A stretch of DNA of 64,000 bases, taken from assembly GCF_020745735.1 (NCBI RefSeq), contig NC_083401.1, forward strand, positions 143,217,740-143,281,739, in the 5' to 3' direction. The notes below the pieces were generated by a model. It was not told the origin of the DNA and searched no databases. It saw nothing but the letters and a program-made list of their open reading frames with translations. The position numbers and the translations under genes are program-made. Every line of letters starts with the position of its first letter. Positions within the stretch are counted from its first letter, which is position 1. Shown piece by piece: positions 24,075 to 36,339 of the stretch. The DNA is from Hemiscyllium ocellatum. Lineage: Eukaryota.

Positions 24075-24758
24075 ATGGCTCCCCAGTCCGATCGTTGTCC
24101 TTACAAAGAGCAGGGCAGCGGCAAGTACTTCCAGTGCCCAGCTGCAACCTCCACACTCAGCCGGGGCGACCTGTCCATCCCTTCGGAGGAGGAGATGGAT
24201 GAGGAGAGCCTCCTGGAGCTTTCGTCCGCCAGGAGTGAGTGCAAGCGACGCCCCAGGGGCCGGGGCAAACCCAGGAGCCCGAAGGTGGTGCAGAAGATCA
24301 AGAAAAGCCGGCGCATCAAGGCCAATAACCGGGAGAGGAACAGGATGCACAACCTGAATGGCGCCCTGGACGCCCTGCGCGAGGTGCTGCCCGCCTTCCC
24401 AGAGGATGCCAAGCTGACCAAAATCGAGACTCTCCGCTTCGCCCACAATTACATCTGGGCACTCACTGAGGCTCTGCGACTGGCCGATCCTCTCTGTGGC
24501 CCCGGAGAGTCCTGCTACGATGGAGCCGAACAGCAATACTTAGACTCGGGGCTGAGCAGCCCCAGCCCCGGCGCTTCAGGCAGCTCCTGGAACAGCTTCA
24601 GCTCCCCTTCCTCATCCTCCTACACCTGCACTTTATCCCCGGGCAGCCCTGCGCCATCGGAAGATATGTACTTCGGGCAACCCGAGAGCATCTATGCACC
24701 ACCTAAACAGCAGTCTGACTTTTTGCAAAACTCTTCTCCTTTCCAAGAATTTATTTGA
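24075..24758 (+). CDS. neurog2: Neurogenin-2, proneural bHLH transcription factor (227 aa, single coding exon)
   Basis: bHLH at 24309-24482 ([58 protein letters not shown]). NEUROG2-type features: ANNRERN (NEUROG1/3 have ANDRERN), REVLP.FPEDAK, upstream CKRRP..VQKIKK, downstream Y.CTLSP.SP..DM.Y. The ATG at 24075 follows a splice acceptor. Confidence 0.93.
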   Translation: MAPQSDRCPYKEQGSGKYFQCPAATSTLSRGDLSIPSEEEMDEESLLELSSARSECKRRPRGRGKPRSPKVVQKIKKSRRIKANNRERNRMHNLNGALDALREVLPAFPEDAKLTKIETLRFAHNYIWALTEALRLADPLCGPGESCYDGAEQQYLDSGLSSPSPGASGSSWNSFSSPSSSSYTCTLSPGSPAPSEDMYFGQPESIYAPPKQQSDFLQNSSPFQEFI

Positions 24759-25610
24759 ACCCTTCGCTGCAGCTCAATATCGCGTCTCTTTTGTAAACGA
24801 TTATGAATTCTCTTTATATTGAAACTATCTGGGGAAAAAAGTTGGACCTATACTGTTTACATTTCTTACTAGATATATAGGATTGAGATTTGTAATGTAT
24901 TTTTCAAACAAATGTATTTTTCAGACTGATTCACACGAACTGTTAATGTTCAATGTTGTAGACTTGGCATCTGCCTGTCTTCCCAGAGAGAAGCTCTGTT
25001 GAAGGCTGTGGGAATTTGAACTGTCAAACCAAACTTTGCTCAGTGCACTTTGCCCATTTTCCCAGGTTCTCCACAATGCCTTTTGTTCTCTGATTTCTTC
25101 TCCCTTCCTCCCCCTTTAGTCTCCTTTTATCGTTTCAAGAATAAGGCCGATTTTACCAGCTGTCTAATATGATTTACGGAAAAAGATGTTGTGGTACGGA
25201 GCGAGGTTAGAAGTCATTGCATAATTTGTAGACTTTTTAAATGAATGAAAACGACCGTGTAAATTTAGGTTGAGTGCTTTATCAAAGACAGAGAGAGTGA
25301 GAGAGAAGGAAAACACAAGGAGGAAGGCTTCATGCATTATTTATCTCGACCTCCGGGGATGAAGAATTGCCTTTTTTTTTCCGCGACCGAAAAAAATCAG
25401 CCGAATAAAACGAACCGACACGGAGCATTAACGCGATCATCTACACATGTGTTCACTTTTATTTATTATAAAAGGAAGATTTCATGCACAAAATGTATAT
25501 TTTGTATATTTCAGAAGTTTATTGTTGCTATGTATTCGCCTGCAAATCAAATGGAAAGCGTTTTCAATTCGTCTTTTCAATAAAAAAAAGTTTAACTTTC
25601 ATATAAATAA
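24759..25610 (+). other. neurog2: neurog2 3'UTR
   Basis: AT-rich, repeat-free sequence after the stop codon, running to the AATAAA at 25579. The 3' end is approximate. Confidence 0.65.
25579..25584 (+). terminator. Likely polyadenylation signal of neurog2
   Basis: AATAAA preceded by TGTA-rich upstream elements (about 25494-25535). An alternative AATAAA lies near 25404. Confidence 0.6.
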
Positions 25611-28600
25611 GCTGGCAAGTGCGTGGTTCATTGATCAGTGTGAAAAAGAGCAGCTGTACATTCAAGTGACACAAGCTAGTTGCTATTAGGTTATAAAACA
25701 TCAGAACATACATTTCATTTACCGAACCTATTCACTAAAATATGAGACGTGGAAAACGGCAGCATGACAATGACAACAAACAGAATACAATATAAAACTA
25801 CCGCCTCTTGTCATCTGTTCTTTTGTTAACAGATCACGCCAAAGTGGGGGATATGTTAGACTAAAAGTAAAAGCCACCGTTGCTAAATGCTTTAAAAATT
25901 ACGTGGAAGAAAATCATGTGGATTCGTCTTTAAACATACCGAAAGGAACTATGAAAAAGTTCGTTTAATGCATGAACTGCGCACAGGCTCTCACATAATT
26001 GAAATTTCAAATCCAAAGCACGATACCAACTTCTAGCAAGTTACTTGCGGAATCTTTTTGAATGCGTACGACGTTTGTAAAATCGAATTTCACATATTGA
26101 CAATTTAAAAACTTTGATTCGATACAAGAAAGCTAGCAATCTCCACGCATAAACAACAGCAAGCTCAACAATAATGCAATACAAATTTTAAAGTGGGTTG
26201 TTTGTTGGCACGACCTGTCTTTGAAGTTGGGTGGGGGAGGAATTAAACGAACACAAAATATAGACCATTTTTATGCCAGTATTTTTCTTCTAGACATGCA
26301 TGGGTTGCAATTTGCAGCGTGCAGTTTAATATACAACTCTAGCTCTTCCTTGTTAATTGTCACGTTCTGTTTGGATGTAAACCCTTTCCTCTTTGGCTCT
26401 GATCTATAGGGCTGGTCACTAGATTATGGATGATCGCGCTGCGTTTGCACGTGTCTGTGGATTCCCAAGAGGGAAACGTCTCATTATTATCTGGTATCAA
26501 TCTTGCTCTGCAGAGTGGACGAACGCGACAGCAACAGATCACGAGAGTTCAGCGTATTATGTGCGCCGAAACCTCGGGAGTTCAAAGCAAGTCGCATCTG
26601 CATCTGTGGAAAGCCGTTTAAACTGTTCCGAGAATTAGAGTGTGCCATTATTGAACTCGAATTAAGGAGGGAGACGACGATGAAATTCAGCTGAAATATA
26701 AAAGACAAACCAAGAATATAGAACAGATGGCATTACCACATTACAAGCTTGATTTTAATGTCAAGTTATAGAAATGGCCCTTAAATTGAATGGCGGATTA
26801 ACTCGAACGATAGAATCAAAATTTAACAGTAAACCGTCATATGGTTTTCTAATATCCCAACACCGTTCGATTGCAATAAACATTTGGGGCGAAATGTTTA
26901 ATCCTGAAACGCGGGAACTTCATGAGGCTGAAGTAAAAGTTACGAAGCGCCAAAATATTAAGATATCAGGCTTAGATTACCATTTCTAATTAAGTCCCCT
27001 TTTTGACAATAAAACATCCTATTATCTAATACTCTACTTATCCAGGCTACCAGGCTAAGAAAATAAATGGTGACAATTACTCAGTGGCAGGGCGATGTCA
27101 CTTCACTTCAAAAATCTTTACTGAATGCAGTCTTCACCTTAGATTTATTAGATCTAATACGGCCCTTCTCCGTAGTGAGGTAATTATGCTAGGAGGCTAA
27201 ATGAATGCCAATGTAAATAAATACTGTCAGCCCCCACGTGTAATAATTTAATGTGCATATTCATTATCTTTAACATCTTCACTTTTGCTTGTTACAAACA
27301 TTCGTTTAATCACCACATTGAGAATGCCAACATATTCTTATTTAATTGCATTCCGCCTTATTTTCTAAAATAATTGACATGATCAGTCTCTGGACAGATT
27401 CCTATGACAGTAAGGAATACTTATCAACAATATTAGAGAAATATATAGCTTGTACAAGCTGTTAATTCATCCAAAAGTGAACTCATTAGTGCAAAATCCA
27501 CATCAATCACAAGTGGGGTTATACATAATATACAGAAATAATGGCACCCAAGCAAATACACATGAACAGCATATATTCCAACAGAACAGAAACAATAAAG
27601 TATGTATTTTGGAGAAGGAGCAGGTTGCAATCTTATTATTTCACGGTAGGTCTAAAGGTCTCCTAGCCTATTTTCTTGAAAACCATTTCAGTAACGAAGC
27701 GTGAAAGAAAGTGGGTAAAAACTGAGCAATAAGGTAAAAAGTGTGAAAAAAAAATTAGGAAAATTAGGTTACGGAAATAAAACGTAAAGTTTCCAGCCTT
27801 GGGCTAGGACTGCTAGATAGGCTGATGCATTGTTTTGCAGCTTGGCAGGAGGTTTATTATGAGCCAAATAATTCCCCAAAAGGTTTTGCATAATCACTTC
27901 TTTGATGTGACTTGAGTGTCAAAAATCAGCCATTACCCCGGAGTGTAAAAAAGTACCAAAGCTTTTACAAAATTGACAGTGTGTGGCAAACGTCATAAAT
28001 AGATTTAACCCACGGCTTTCCAAAGTCCCTTTAATGATTAAATATAAAGAAAGACAAAAGATAGCCCTCTTAGTCTCGGCCTGATTGATCCGATTGTTCG
28101 TATTCTGATACTTTTGGAGCACGTGTGGTTATCTGAGTAAGATATTCACAGAGGCTCAATTAGGAACAGTCAAACCTTCCAATCAATACACAATGCGACC
28201 ATTCTACTGACTCATATGTAGACGGCAATATCATTTATCCTCTTGTTTATCACAGTTTACTTTGTTCAAGTACGTCCTGAAATCATTACAGATTTTTATT
28301 TTCGGTATATATTTTTCCTTCCCAGGCAAGGACTTTATTGTTCACATTTAGCCAATAAATACAATGAATAAACAAAAATGGTAGAGATTGATACTTTGAA
28401 AATGCGGATTTCAAAGAATGTCAGTACAATGAGAACGGTTCTAACCACAATTGTCAACAAGTATCTTCCCACATGATGTGACAATTTAAACTGCAAACAT
28501 GTTTTAAAGCAACTTAGGTAGAAAACGGCCATCTTCAATCTCGGCTGTTCTACAAATTTCAAAGATGCATGGTATCATCAGACAATACGGCACATCCTAG

Positions 28601-29179
28601 AATTATAACAAACAAATATAAATAATTGGTAAACGATTAGTTCAGTTAGTACAGTTTAAAGAATGGGGAAAAAGAGACAAAACAAGAGTGGAAAATGTTC
28701 AATTGAGTTGTGGGAATGGATGGTGAAAATGGGTGATTGGATTCTTTCAAGGGGAAGAGGGAATTAGAATGGGAGAGACGTTTAAGGGGAGAGACGGGGC
28801 TAAGGGAATGAATGGGAAGCGCAGTAAGGTCAAAACTTGTCTTGGTGTTTTCCCTGTTTATCTAGGTAGGGGGGAGAGATGAACATTTCAAACACAGAAC
28901 TGAAACTTGTGTTGTTTTTGGCTAGGTGTCAATTTCGTTAGTTTCATGGAGGGATTTTCTCAGTGAAACCTAGTGAGTTTTATGATACCATTGTCCCAAA
29001 CTCAGTGCCACTCCCCACCCCAACCCCCTCACATGTGATGCGAGCTGTATTATACCATTGACCCATGCTTGGAATTCCTGAAATAGATTGGCGTCTCTGG
29101 TACCCTTGCCATTTTTGAAAGGCTGCTGGAAAAGTACTGTCAGGCTGGAGCCACCCTGAACAGTTTGTGACATTTGCTC

Positions 29180-29727
29180 CAGACATGAGAGATAGGGGAA
29201 ACTGACTCCCTGCTTTGTGAACAGGCAACTGAATTGGACAGGGTAGTGAAGAGAAGGGCTATCCTCTTCCCACTGAACTGGCAGAGGAGGCCATGTGACC
29301 ACAGTATGCCAGCCTGGTCCAAGGTTGCCATCCAGGTCATGTGATCTCAGCAGTGAAGGAAGAAGGTTTCCTCCGCTTCGTCAGAGTAAGTGCTATGATT
29401 TTCTTTCTGCTACCTCACTTACTCAATGTCTACTACTGCACTCACCTAATACCAAGTTTCATGCTGTATCATAGTCATTATTGCATTCAACTTTTTCTCT
29501 CTCTTGCTATCTCCCATCTAAGGCCCCACTCTCCTAACTCTGCATGGCTTCTGTACTGCATACTCACTTGCTTAGTAGATCTCATTACCTTTCCCCATCA
29601 GCACTAGCACTCACAGTTGTGCCACCCACTTCTATCTCACTCAAATGTTCCTATTTCCTCATTGCAGGAGAAAGCAGCTCACAATTGGGCAGAAAGAGCC
29701 AAGGTAGGTAGTGGGCTGCCCAATATT
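29180..29727 (+). pseudogene. PIF/Harbinger Myb/SANT-like (NAIF1/MSANTD-type) gene remnant
   Basis: Decayed frames LDRVVKRRAILFP..RRP..PAWSKVAIQV..QQ*RKKV, then donor GTAAGT at 29386, acceptor TTGCAG ending at 29667, then EKAAHNWAERAKVGSGLPNI. Confidence 0.65.
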
Positions 29728-31894
29728 GTATATATTGTTTATAGCTGAAATCATTTCAACTAGCAAAGTGGCAGGCAAGGATACTCAAGAGTAACTCAAA
29801 TCGTGGAAGCTGCATGACTGGAGGATATTGCTGAGACCGGCTGAGAAAATACTTTGGAGTGAAGATGAGGATGTTGGAGTTACAAATCCTAACAAATCAA
29901 TTAATTGCTGTACATACTTGGAAATATGTCAGGCAATATTCATGTTTAAGAAGAAATAATTCAAAATTACTGATCTTTTCATGCAATAGACAGATAAAGT
30001 TAATTTTAAATTATACTTACTTTGTAAAGTAGTTTTCCAACAGCATAAACATATAGGAATAAATAGAAACAATTGAGAGTGATATTAACATTCAAGTACT
30101 AATACAATTGCCACCACAGTTATTGAAGCCAGCTAATGATGCTAGCGGTGTGTGCACAATAGTTAAAATAGACACATGCCTTTACTACTCCCTAGCCCAC
30201 CCAAAATAATTTCCTTCTTTCACAGTTCAGTACTAAAATTCATATTTATCATTATAGAGGGTCAATTTGGAACATTTGAGGTTATAATTAACCAACATCT
30301 TGTGCTGTACCATCAAAGGAAATATCCTGTTCAGTACATTACAACTTCTTAATCTTGCCATAGATCAATGGGTTTAGACAAATTATAGTTGGACTTTACC
30401 ATTTCATGGAATAAGGATGGAAGGATAGTTAGATAATCCAAAGCAATTCCATGGGTGCAGCACATTAGTATTTCTTAATGATGGCATTAATTTCTATTAC
30501 CTAAATTGTTCTAACTATAAATCAATGTCAAGAATATGCCACATTTGTCCAAAGTTTAATTTTTGCAATATAAATCATATTCTGCCACATTTCATGCAGA
30601 AATACATGCTTCTACATTCTCCATGCATTTTCCCCTAAATTTCACCATCCTAAGGCATACCAATTTCTGTTGTCCCTTAAACTGCTGATGATTCTTCTGA
30701 TACTCTTATGCTGACGTTTTGATTGTACTTTGTGACATAACGTGGCAGAAAAATGCAAAAGATTACCAATCATAACCAAAATTTCAAGCCCTGCTTTTAG
30801 TCTTTTGTCTACAAGGAAGATTTTCTGCAGTCAATTGACCTATTCAGTTGATGGTTAACTTTAAAAATATTTCTCACTTTTATAAGATTGAGTTGAGACC
30901 TTGAAATAGGTGTTACACCTCATGTATATAAACACAGTGGTGATCTTAATATTGGTTTTTATCACATTAGTTCTCTAGCAATAGCATTTAGAGTCTGTGG
31001 TCAAGTTATGTACTGTACTGATGGATTGTCCATCCTTGTCAATTTTGAAGGCTTATATTCCATTTCATGTTAATGTAGGTTGTGCATTCTAAGATGATTA
31101 TAATGTCAAATGTGAGGGATGTTTTCCCACTCAAATATCTTGTTATAGTAAATTATGCTAATTGGCCTAAGGGATGATATTTCCTAGATTTGCTTTGAAC
31201 ATCTTTCCTTAGGCTAGTTGGACATGACTAGCTTCAAGCTTTGTTGTGTCACAGTGAATCAACTTTTGTTACTTCTTTATCTGTCAACTGCTGCTATATA
31301 CAATTTAGATGTGACATTTTATTTAGACTGATCTTTTAGCAATCCTAATATCACAGCTGATCATCACAAGAATGTTTATCATGCATCAATCCATGGCATA
31401 ACAGTTTCAAGGATAATCTGGTGTCATACATTCAGACGACATAATCAGTCCATATTCACAATACATTTAACAAAATAACACTAGCACATTTGACTTTTTG
31501 TGGTTTGAGTTGTCATTTAGAACTTTTCAAGATCTATCTGTGGATAGCTAGATGGAAGTGACTGAGTTTTCTTATGTGCTAGCTATAAGTAATATAGCAA
31601 TCATACATATACATTAAAGATGGTCGAAGTAGCGCCTTTTGAGATGCGAAGGTTTGGAATCGGTTTACAGTAATATCTTTTTTATCCAAGAATCTGGTGG
31701 ATTTCAAATGTAATGTTTCTGTGGCTCATTTGGTAGTACTCCAACCACAGGGTCATGAGGTTCTGGATGGTTCTGTCTCTGTGGTAAGAAGGAGGAGGGA
31801 GCAGGAGAATGGCAGCTTTCACAGAGGTTCAGGAACAGCAATTGTGAATCAGTGATGAGAGAAGACTTGTTAGTCCGTATTAAAGAATGAAGAG

Positions 31895-32222
31895 CTTTTT
31901 AAATTCACTCATGGGATGTGGGCATTGCTAGCTAGGCCGGCATTTAAGAGTGAACCCTGTTGCTGTGGGTCTGGAGTCACGTATCATCAAGATCAGGTGG
32001 GGATGGCAGTTTCCTTCCCTAAAGGACATTAGTGAACCAGATGAATTTTTCCAACAATCAACAATGGATTCATAATCATTATTAGATCCTTACTTTCAGA
32101 TTTTTTATTGAATTCAAATTTCACCACCTGCCAAGGTGGGATTTGAACCCAGATTCCCAGAATATTAGCTGAGTTCCTGGGTTAATAGTCTAGTGATAAA
32201 AACACTAGGCCAGTGCCTCCCT
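31895..32222 (-). mobile_element. tRNA-derived SINE, second family (SINE-B)
   Basis: Reverse A/B boxes (CACTAGGCCA, GGATTTGAACCC). The body AAAGGACATTAGTGAACCAGATG is shared with copies at about 55695, 57000 and 60585. Confidence 0.75.
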
Positions 32223-32369
32223 GAAGGAACATTTATGAAAGGGCATGGGGTGAGTTCTGGGGGGCCAGAGGAATGAAGTGGAATCAATCTGGTGTCCTGA
32301 GTGTGTTTAAAGGAGACAATTAAATGAGAGGTCCATACAGTAATATCAGCAATACTATAAGAGGAGGGT

Positions 32370-33645
32370 GCAGAAACAGAACATTTAGCTCATTGAATCA
32401 GCTCTGCCAAGCAAGGATATCATTGTTGATCAACTCCACTTGCCAGCCTTATTCCCATAACTCTTGATCCCTTTACTGTTTAAAAATCTGTCAATCTCAG
32501 CTTTGAATTTCCTTCATAACCTAACCTTGACAACCTTCTGCTATAAAGAACTCCATAGATTTGCAGCATTCTTGGGAGAGGGTTCGGTTTATTTATTTAT
32601 CTCTTCTGTAGTTGAACTGTTATTCTGAGATTATGCCCTCTGGTTCTGGACACACCCATAAGGGGAAATAATCTTTCCACATCTACCCTGCCAATTCCCC
32701 TCAGAATCTCATACAGTCCTTTCAATGTAGAAACTGGCCTTTCAGCTCAACAAGTCCACACTGACCCTCCAAAGAGTAACCCACCCAGACCTAATCCCCT
32801 ACCCTATTACACCACATTTATCCTGACTAATGTACCTAACCTTACACATTGCTGAATACGATGGCCAAGCATAACTTTGAACTGTGGGAGGAAATCAGAG
32901 AACCTGGAGGAAACCCACGCAGACACAGGGAGAATGTGCAAACTCCACACAGACAGTCACCCAATGCTGGGGTCGAACCCAGGTCCCTGGCGCTACAAGG
33001 GAGCAATGCTAGCCACTGAGCCACGGTGACACCCTCCCACCCCATCTCATATGATCACCTTTCATTCTTTAAATTCCAAAGGGTACAGGTACAAACAACT
33101 CAAACCCTCCTCATAAAACAATTCTTCCATATCCTAAATCAGCCTAGAAAACTTCTCTGGACTCCCTCCAACATCTTCCCATAGATAAAGGGTTGGAAAC
33201 TGTTCAAATGTTCCAGCTGGAGTCTGACTAGTGCCTTGTAGAGTGTTAGCAATACTTTCTTATTGTTATACTTCAATCCCTTTGAAATAAAGACCAACAT
33301 TCTATTTGTCTTACCTATTGCCTGTTAATATGCTAGCTTTATGAGATTTATGCTTAAGGATTCCCAAACTACCAAGCTGTAGCTTTCTGTAATCTTTCCC
33401 CATTTAAATGATATTCAGCTCTTCTATTCTTTCTGCCAAAGTGCATAATAACCTCACATTTTTCTACTTTGTGCTGCATCTGCCAGGCTTTCGTCCACTT
33501 GCATAACCTGTCCCTCATCATGTCATCTTCACTACTTGCCTTTCAACTTATTTTTATGTCATGTATAAACTTAGCTACAGTAAACTCATGTTCCTCAATC
33601 AAGTAATATTACATATTGTAAATAATTATGGTTTCAGCACTGACC
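32370..33645 (-). mobile_element. Old CR1 3' region with a nested HE1 SINE (about 32715-33035, minus)
   Basis: Reverse CR1 tail at 32370 with an HE1 core inside. Confidence 0.8.
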
Positions 33646-33789
33646 CCTTGGCCCTTCACTGGTATGTCCCTCAGAACCAAACCCATCCCTTTCTCTGGCA
33701 ACCAAGCTGCAACTTTATTATTATATTTGATCCCAAAATGACCTACTGTCTATTTTCTTTTCTACAACATTGTAAAATTCTCTCACTGC

Positions 33790-34235
33790 CTCCATACATT
33801 TGCTGCTGAAATCCTTATTTATGACATCATTACCTCTAGACTTGACAATTCCAGTGCACCTTGGCCAGAGTCCCATGTGCTACTCTCCCAAATTTCAGGC
33901 CACATCCCAAATCACAAGCATCCCCATTCATCTACCATCTCTATGCTCACTGACATACAATGGTTTCTTGGAAAGCAACATATTGACTTCAAAATTAAAA
34001 TACTTTTTACCAAATCTCCCTGGCCTTGTTCCTCCCTATCTCTATAATCTGCTACAATTTCACAATCCTTCAGTATAGCTGAGTGCCTCTAATTCTGGCC
34101 TCTTAGACATTGTTGAGTATCTGTCCAACATTTCCTCATGAGGCTTTGTGTCAAAGTTTGCTTTATGATGCTGCTGTGAAATGCTTTCCGACATTTAACA
34201 TATTAAAGGCACTATATAAATGCAAGTTTGCTTTT
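33790..34235 (+). mobile_element. L2-type LINE 3' end
   Basis: GCTGAAA.CCT..ACCTCTAGACTTGAC (AE.L..TSRLD) and tail AAAGGCACTATATAAATGCAAGTT. Confidence 0.7.
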
Positions 34236-36339
34236 ATTTAAATAAAGTAGAGAAACAGTTCATGGTTGCGTCGGTCTAAATACTAAAGGATATTTATATA
34301 AGTATTTTAAATTATAGCTTGTCTTACACACTTCGATTCTCACAACATATGCTTTTACCTCTTGTTAATTTGAAAGCCAATTTTGTTACGGTCACCATAG
34401 CTAAGGTTCTTTTCTTTTGTCTTCCCTTATTTTTTATTTTTTCTTCTACAATCCTACTGTCAGTCTGGATTCATACCCAGTGAATTTCTTCATTTGCCCC
34501 CCGGACAACAGAAATTAACAATCGGTAGATTTATTGTTTGCAGCAAGTTACCATCGACCATGTTAAGTTCCTTTCTCGTCAGCACGATTGACTCCTGCGT
34601 GCACCTTCATTAATTTTACTCGCCGAATTTGCTGCTAATAGCTGCTTTTTCCTTGTTTGAAAGGCGGCATCTGTGCAGTTGAACAGAGAGAGAGAAGGGA
34701 CCAAGAAGAGGGACGCTGTTTTCAAATCAAAACCAATTAAAGTGATGGGATCATATTCTCTTCATTACTCCGCTGAAAAGGTCCTCAGGCCGAAACCTTT
34801 TCTGTTTTTTTTAAAGTTATGCCCACTCTCAACATATTTAGATGAATGGACAGTTGTGTAGCCAAAGATTCGGGTAGAAAGTTTGGTACTTGCAACTTTG
34901 AATGTTTTTTTTGTTGGAGGCTCTAACATACAGAGACAGTAAGTATATGATGCGAAGACACTGCGTTGTAGTTGTCAGCTGCTCTGCATTAAGCGGGATT
35001 GGCCGATTGCTTCTGACAGCTGAGTGTTGTGTTAGTGGTCAAGCCTGAGCGCAGCTCGCTGTGCAGATGGGCTGGCACTGCGAATGGAAGACTTCATTCT
35101 CTACAATCTCACTCTGGAGCTGGCGTCTCCACTCGTCTGTCCTATTTCAGACATGCTTGTCCCAAGTAGCAGGTCACGTCTTGCAACTTGGTGTCTTCAT
35201 TAAGAGGCAGAGGGACGGCTCAGTTTAGGAAATATGAATAAAGTGATTGTGGGCTGCACCAGACGATTCGTGAACAATATGCATGTGTAAACACGATTTT
35301 TTTTGTGTGTGTCAGTGTTCTGGCTCTATTCAGTCCGGTCTTATTGGTGGGAGAACGCTTGCAGAGTTCAGATGCTCCACTTAGATGAGAGGAATCATAT
35401 TTTTTAAACCTTCTACACAGTTTGACGTACGTATTTCATATTTAATTGTCAATTAAGCAATTTTTGGTCCACACAGAAGTACGCTAAGTGAAACACGTCA
35501 ATGCTGAATACATTGGGTCTATTAGGTACACTTTTGTGAATTGCCTAAAACTTAGATTAAAACATTCCATTTACTTTGAACATTTGTTGTGAATAAACAG
35601 TGCTTTATAACGAAGGACATTGCTTTTAAACGAGTAAATATAGTATTTATTATAAACATGAATCGTGTTCCAAAATCGTGTTCCAAAATCTGTGAAAAAG
35701 TAACATAGAGAATGTCTCTCTTCAAAGCGTTTTAGTGCAAAGGCAGTTTCCTGCAAGTTACTTACACATTAAACAAAACAATACAAATGTGTCACAAACA
35801 TATTGCACGTTTGTAAAGACCATTTAGCTCCATTTTAGTTTTTGCAAGCGATACAATTTGAAAATATCTGGAGTGAGCTTTAGTCTTGGACACGATGAGG
35901 TTATTTTATTCCACAACTATTGCTGAACATTATTAAGTCAAAATAATTTGTATTAACCAAAATACAGATGCAATGGTTAAAAGTAGGTATGAATAAAATA
36001 AGTTATAAAGATGAAAGTAAGATCAGCCTGTAATGTTTGCAGGCCTTTTACTTGTTTGAAGATTTCTCTTTCTCAGGTGAAGAGTTTATAAATTTTGAAG
36101 TCAGAATTTAACTGTTGTGATGGTTTCTGTCTTTGAATGTTGGAGATTTTTTCCCATAGCAAAATAGTTATGGGAAGGAGGAAGTGAAGCCTTCTTTATT
36201 TTGTTCTATGGCACAGCAGGTTGTGGTGTTTAATATGATGGTTCCATGTCTGGGTTATCTTTGTCACCCTCTCAGAGAACCATTCCCTCTGATGATGTCA
36301 CCCAGAGCTCTAGGAATTCCAACAACACTCACAAAGCTT

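Noticed and set aside
24030-24536. Antisense and alternative-frame ORFs over neurog2, and similar ORFs at 23196-23784
   Set aside because: Shadows of GC-rich coding and promoter sequence with no recognisable domains.
29387-29410. TAAGTGCT resembling a miR-302/430 5' end (also near 58727)
   Set aside because: It is part of a splice donor and I see no convincing precursor hairpin.
30250-31550. Possible decayed DNA-transposase sequence
   Set aside because: I could not recover a diagnostic motif in any frame.
35661-35690. Short tandem duplications (also 56326-56352, which contains two CATATG)
   Set aside because: Ordinary slippage products.
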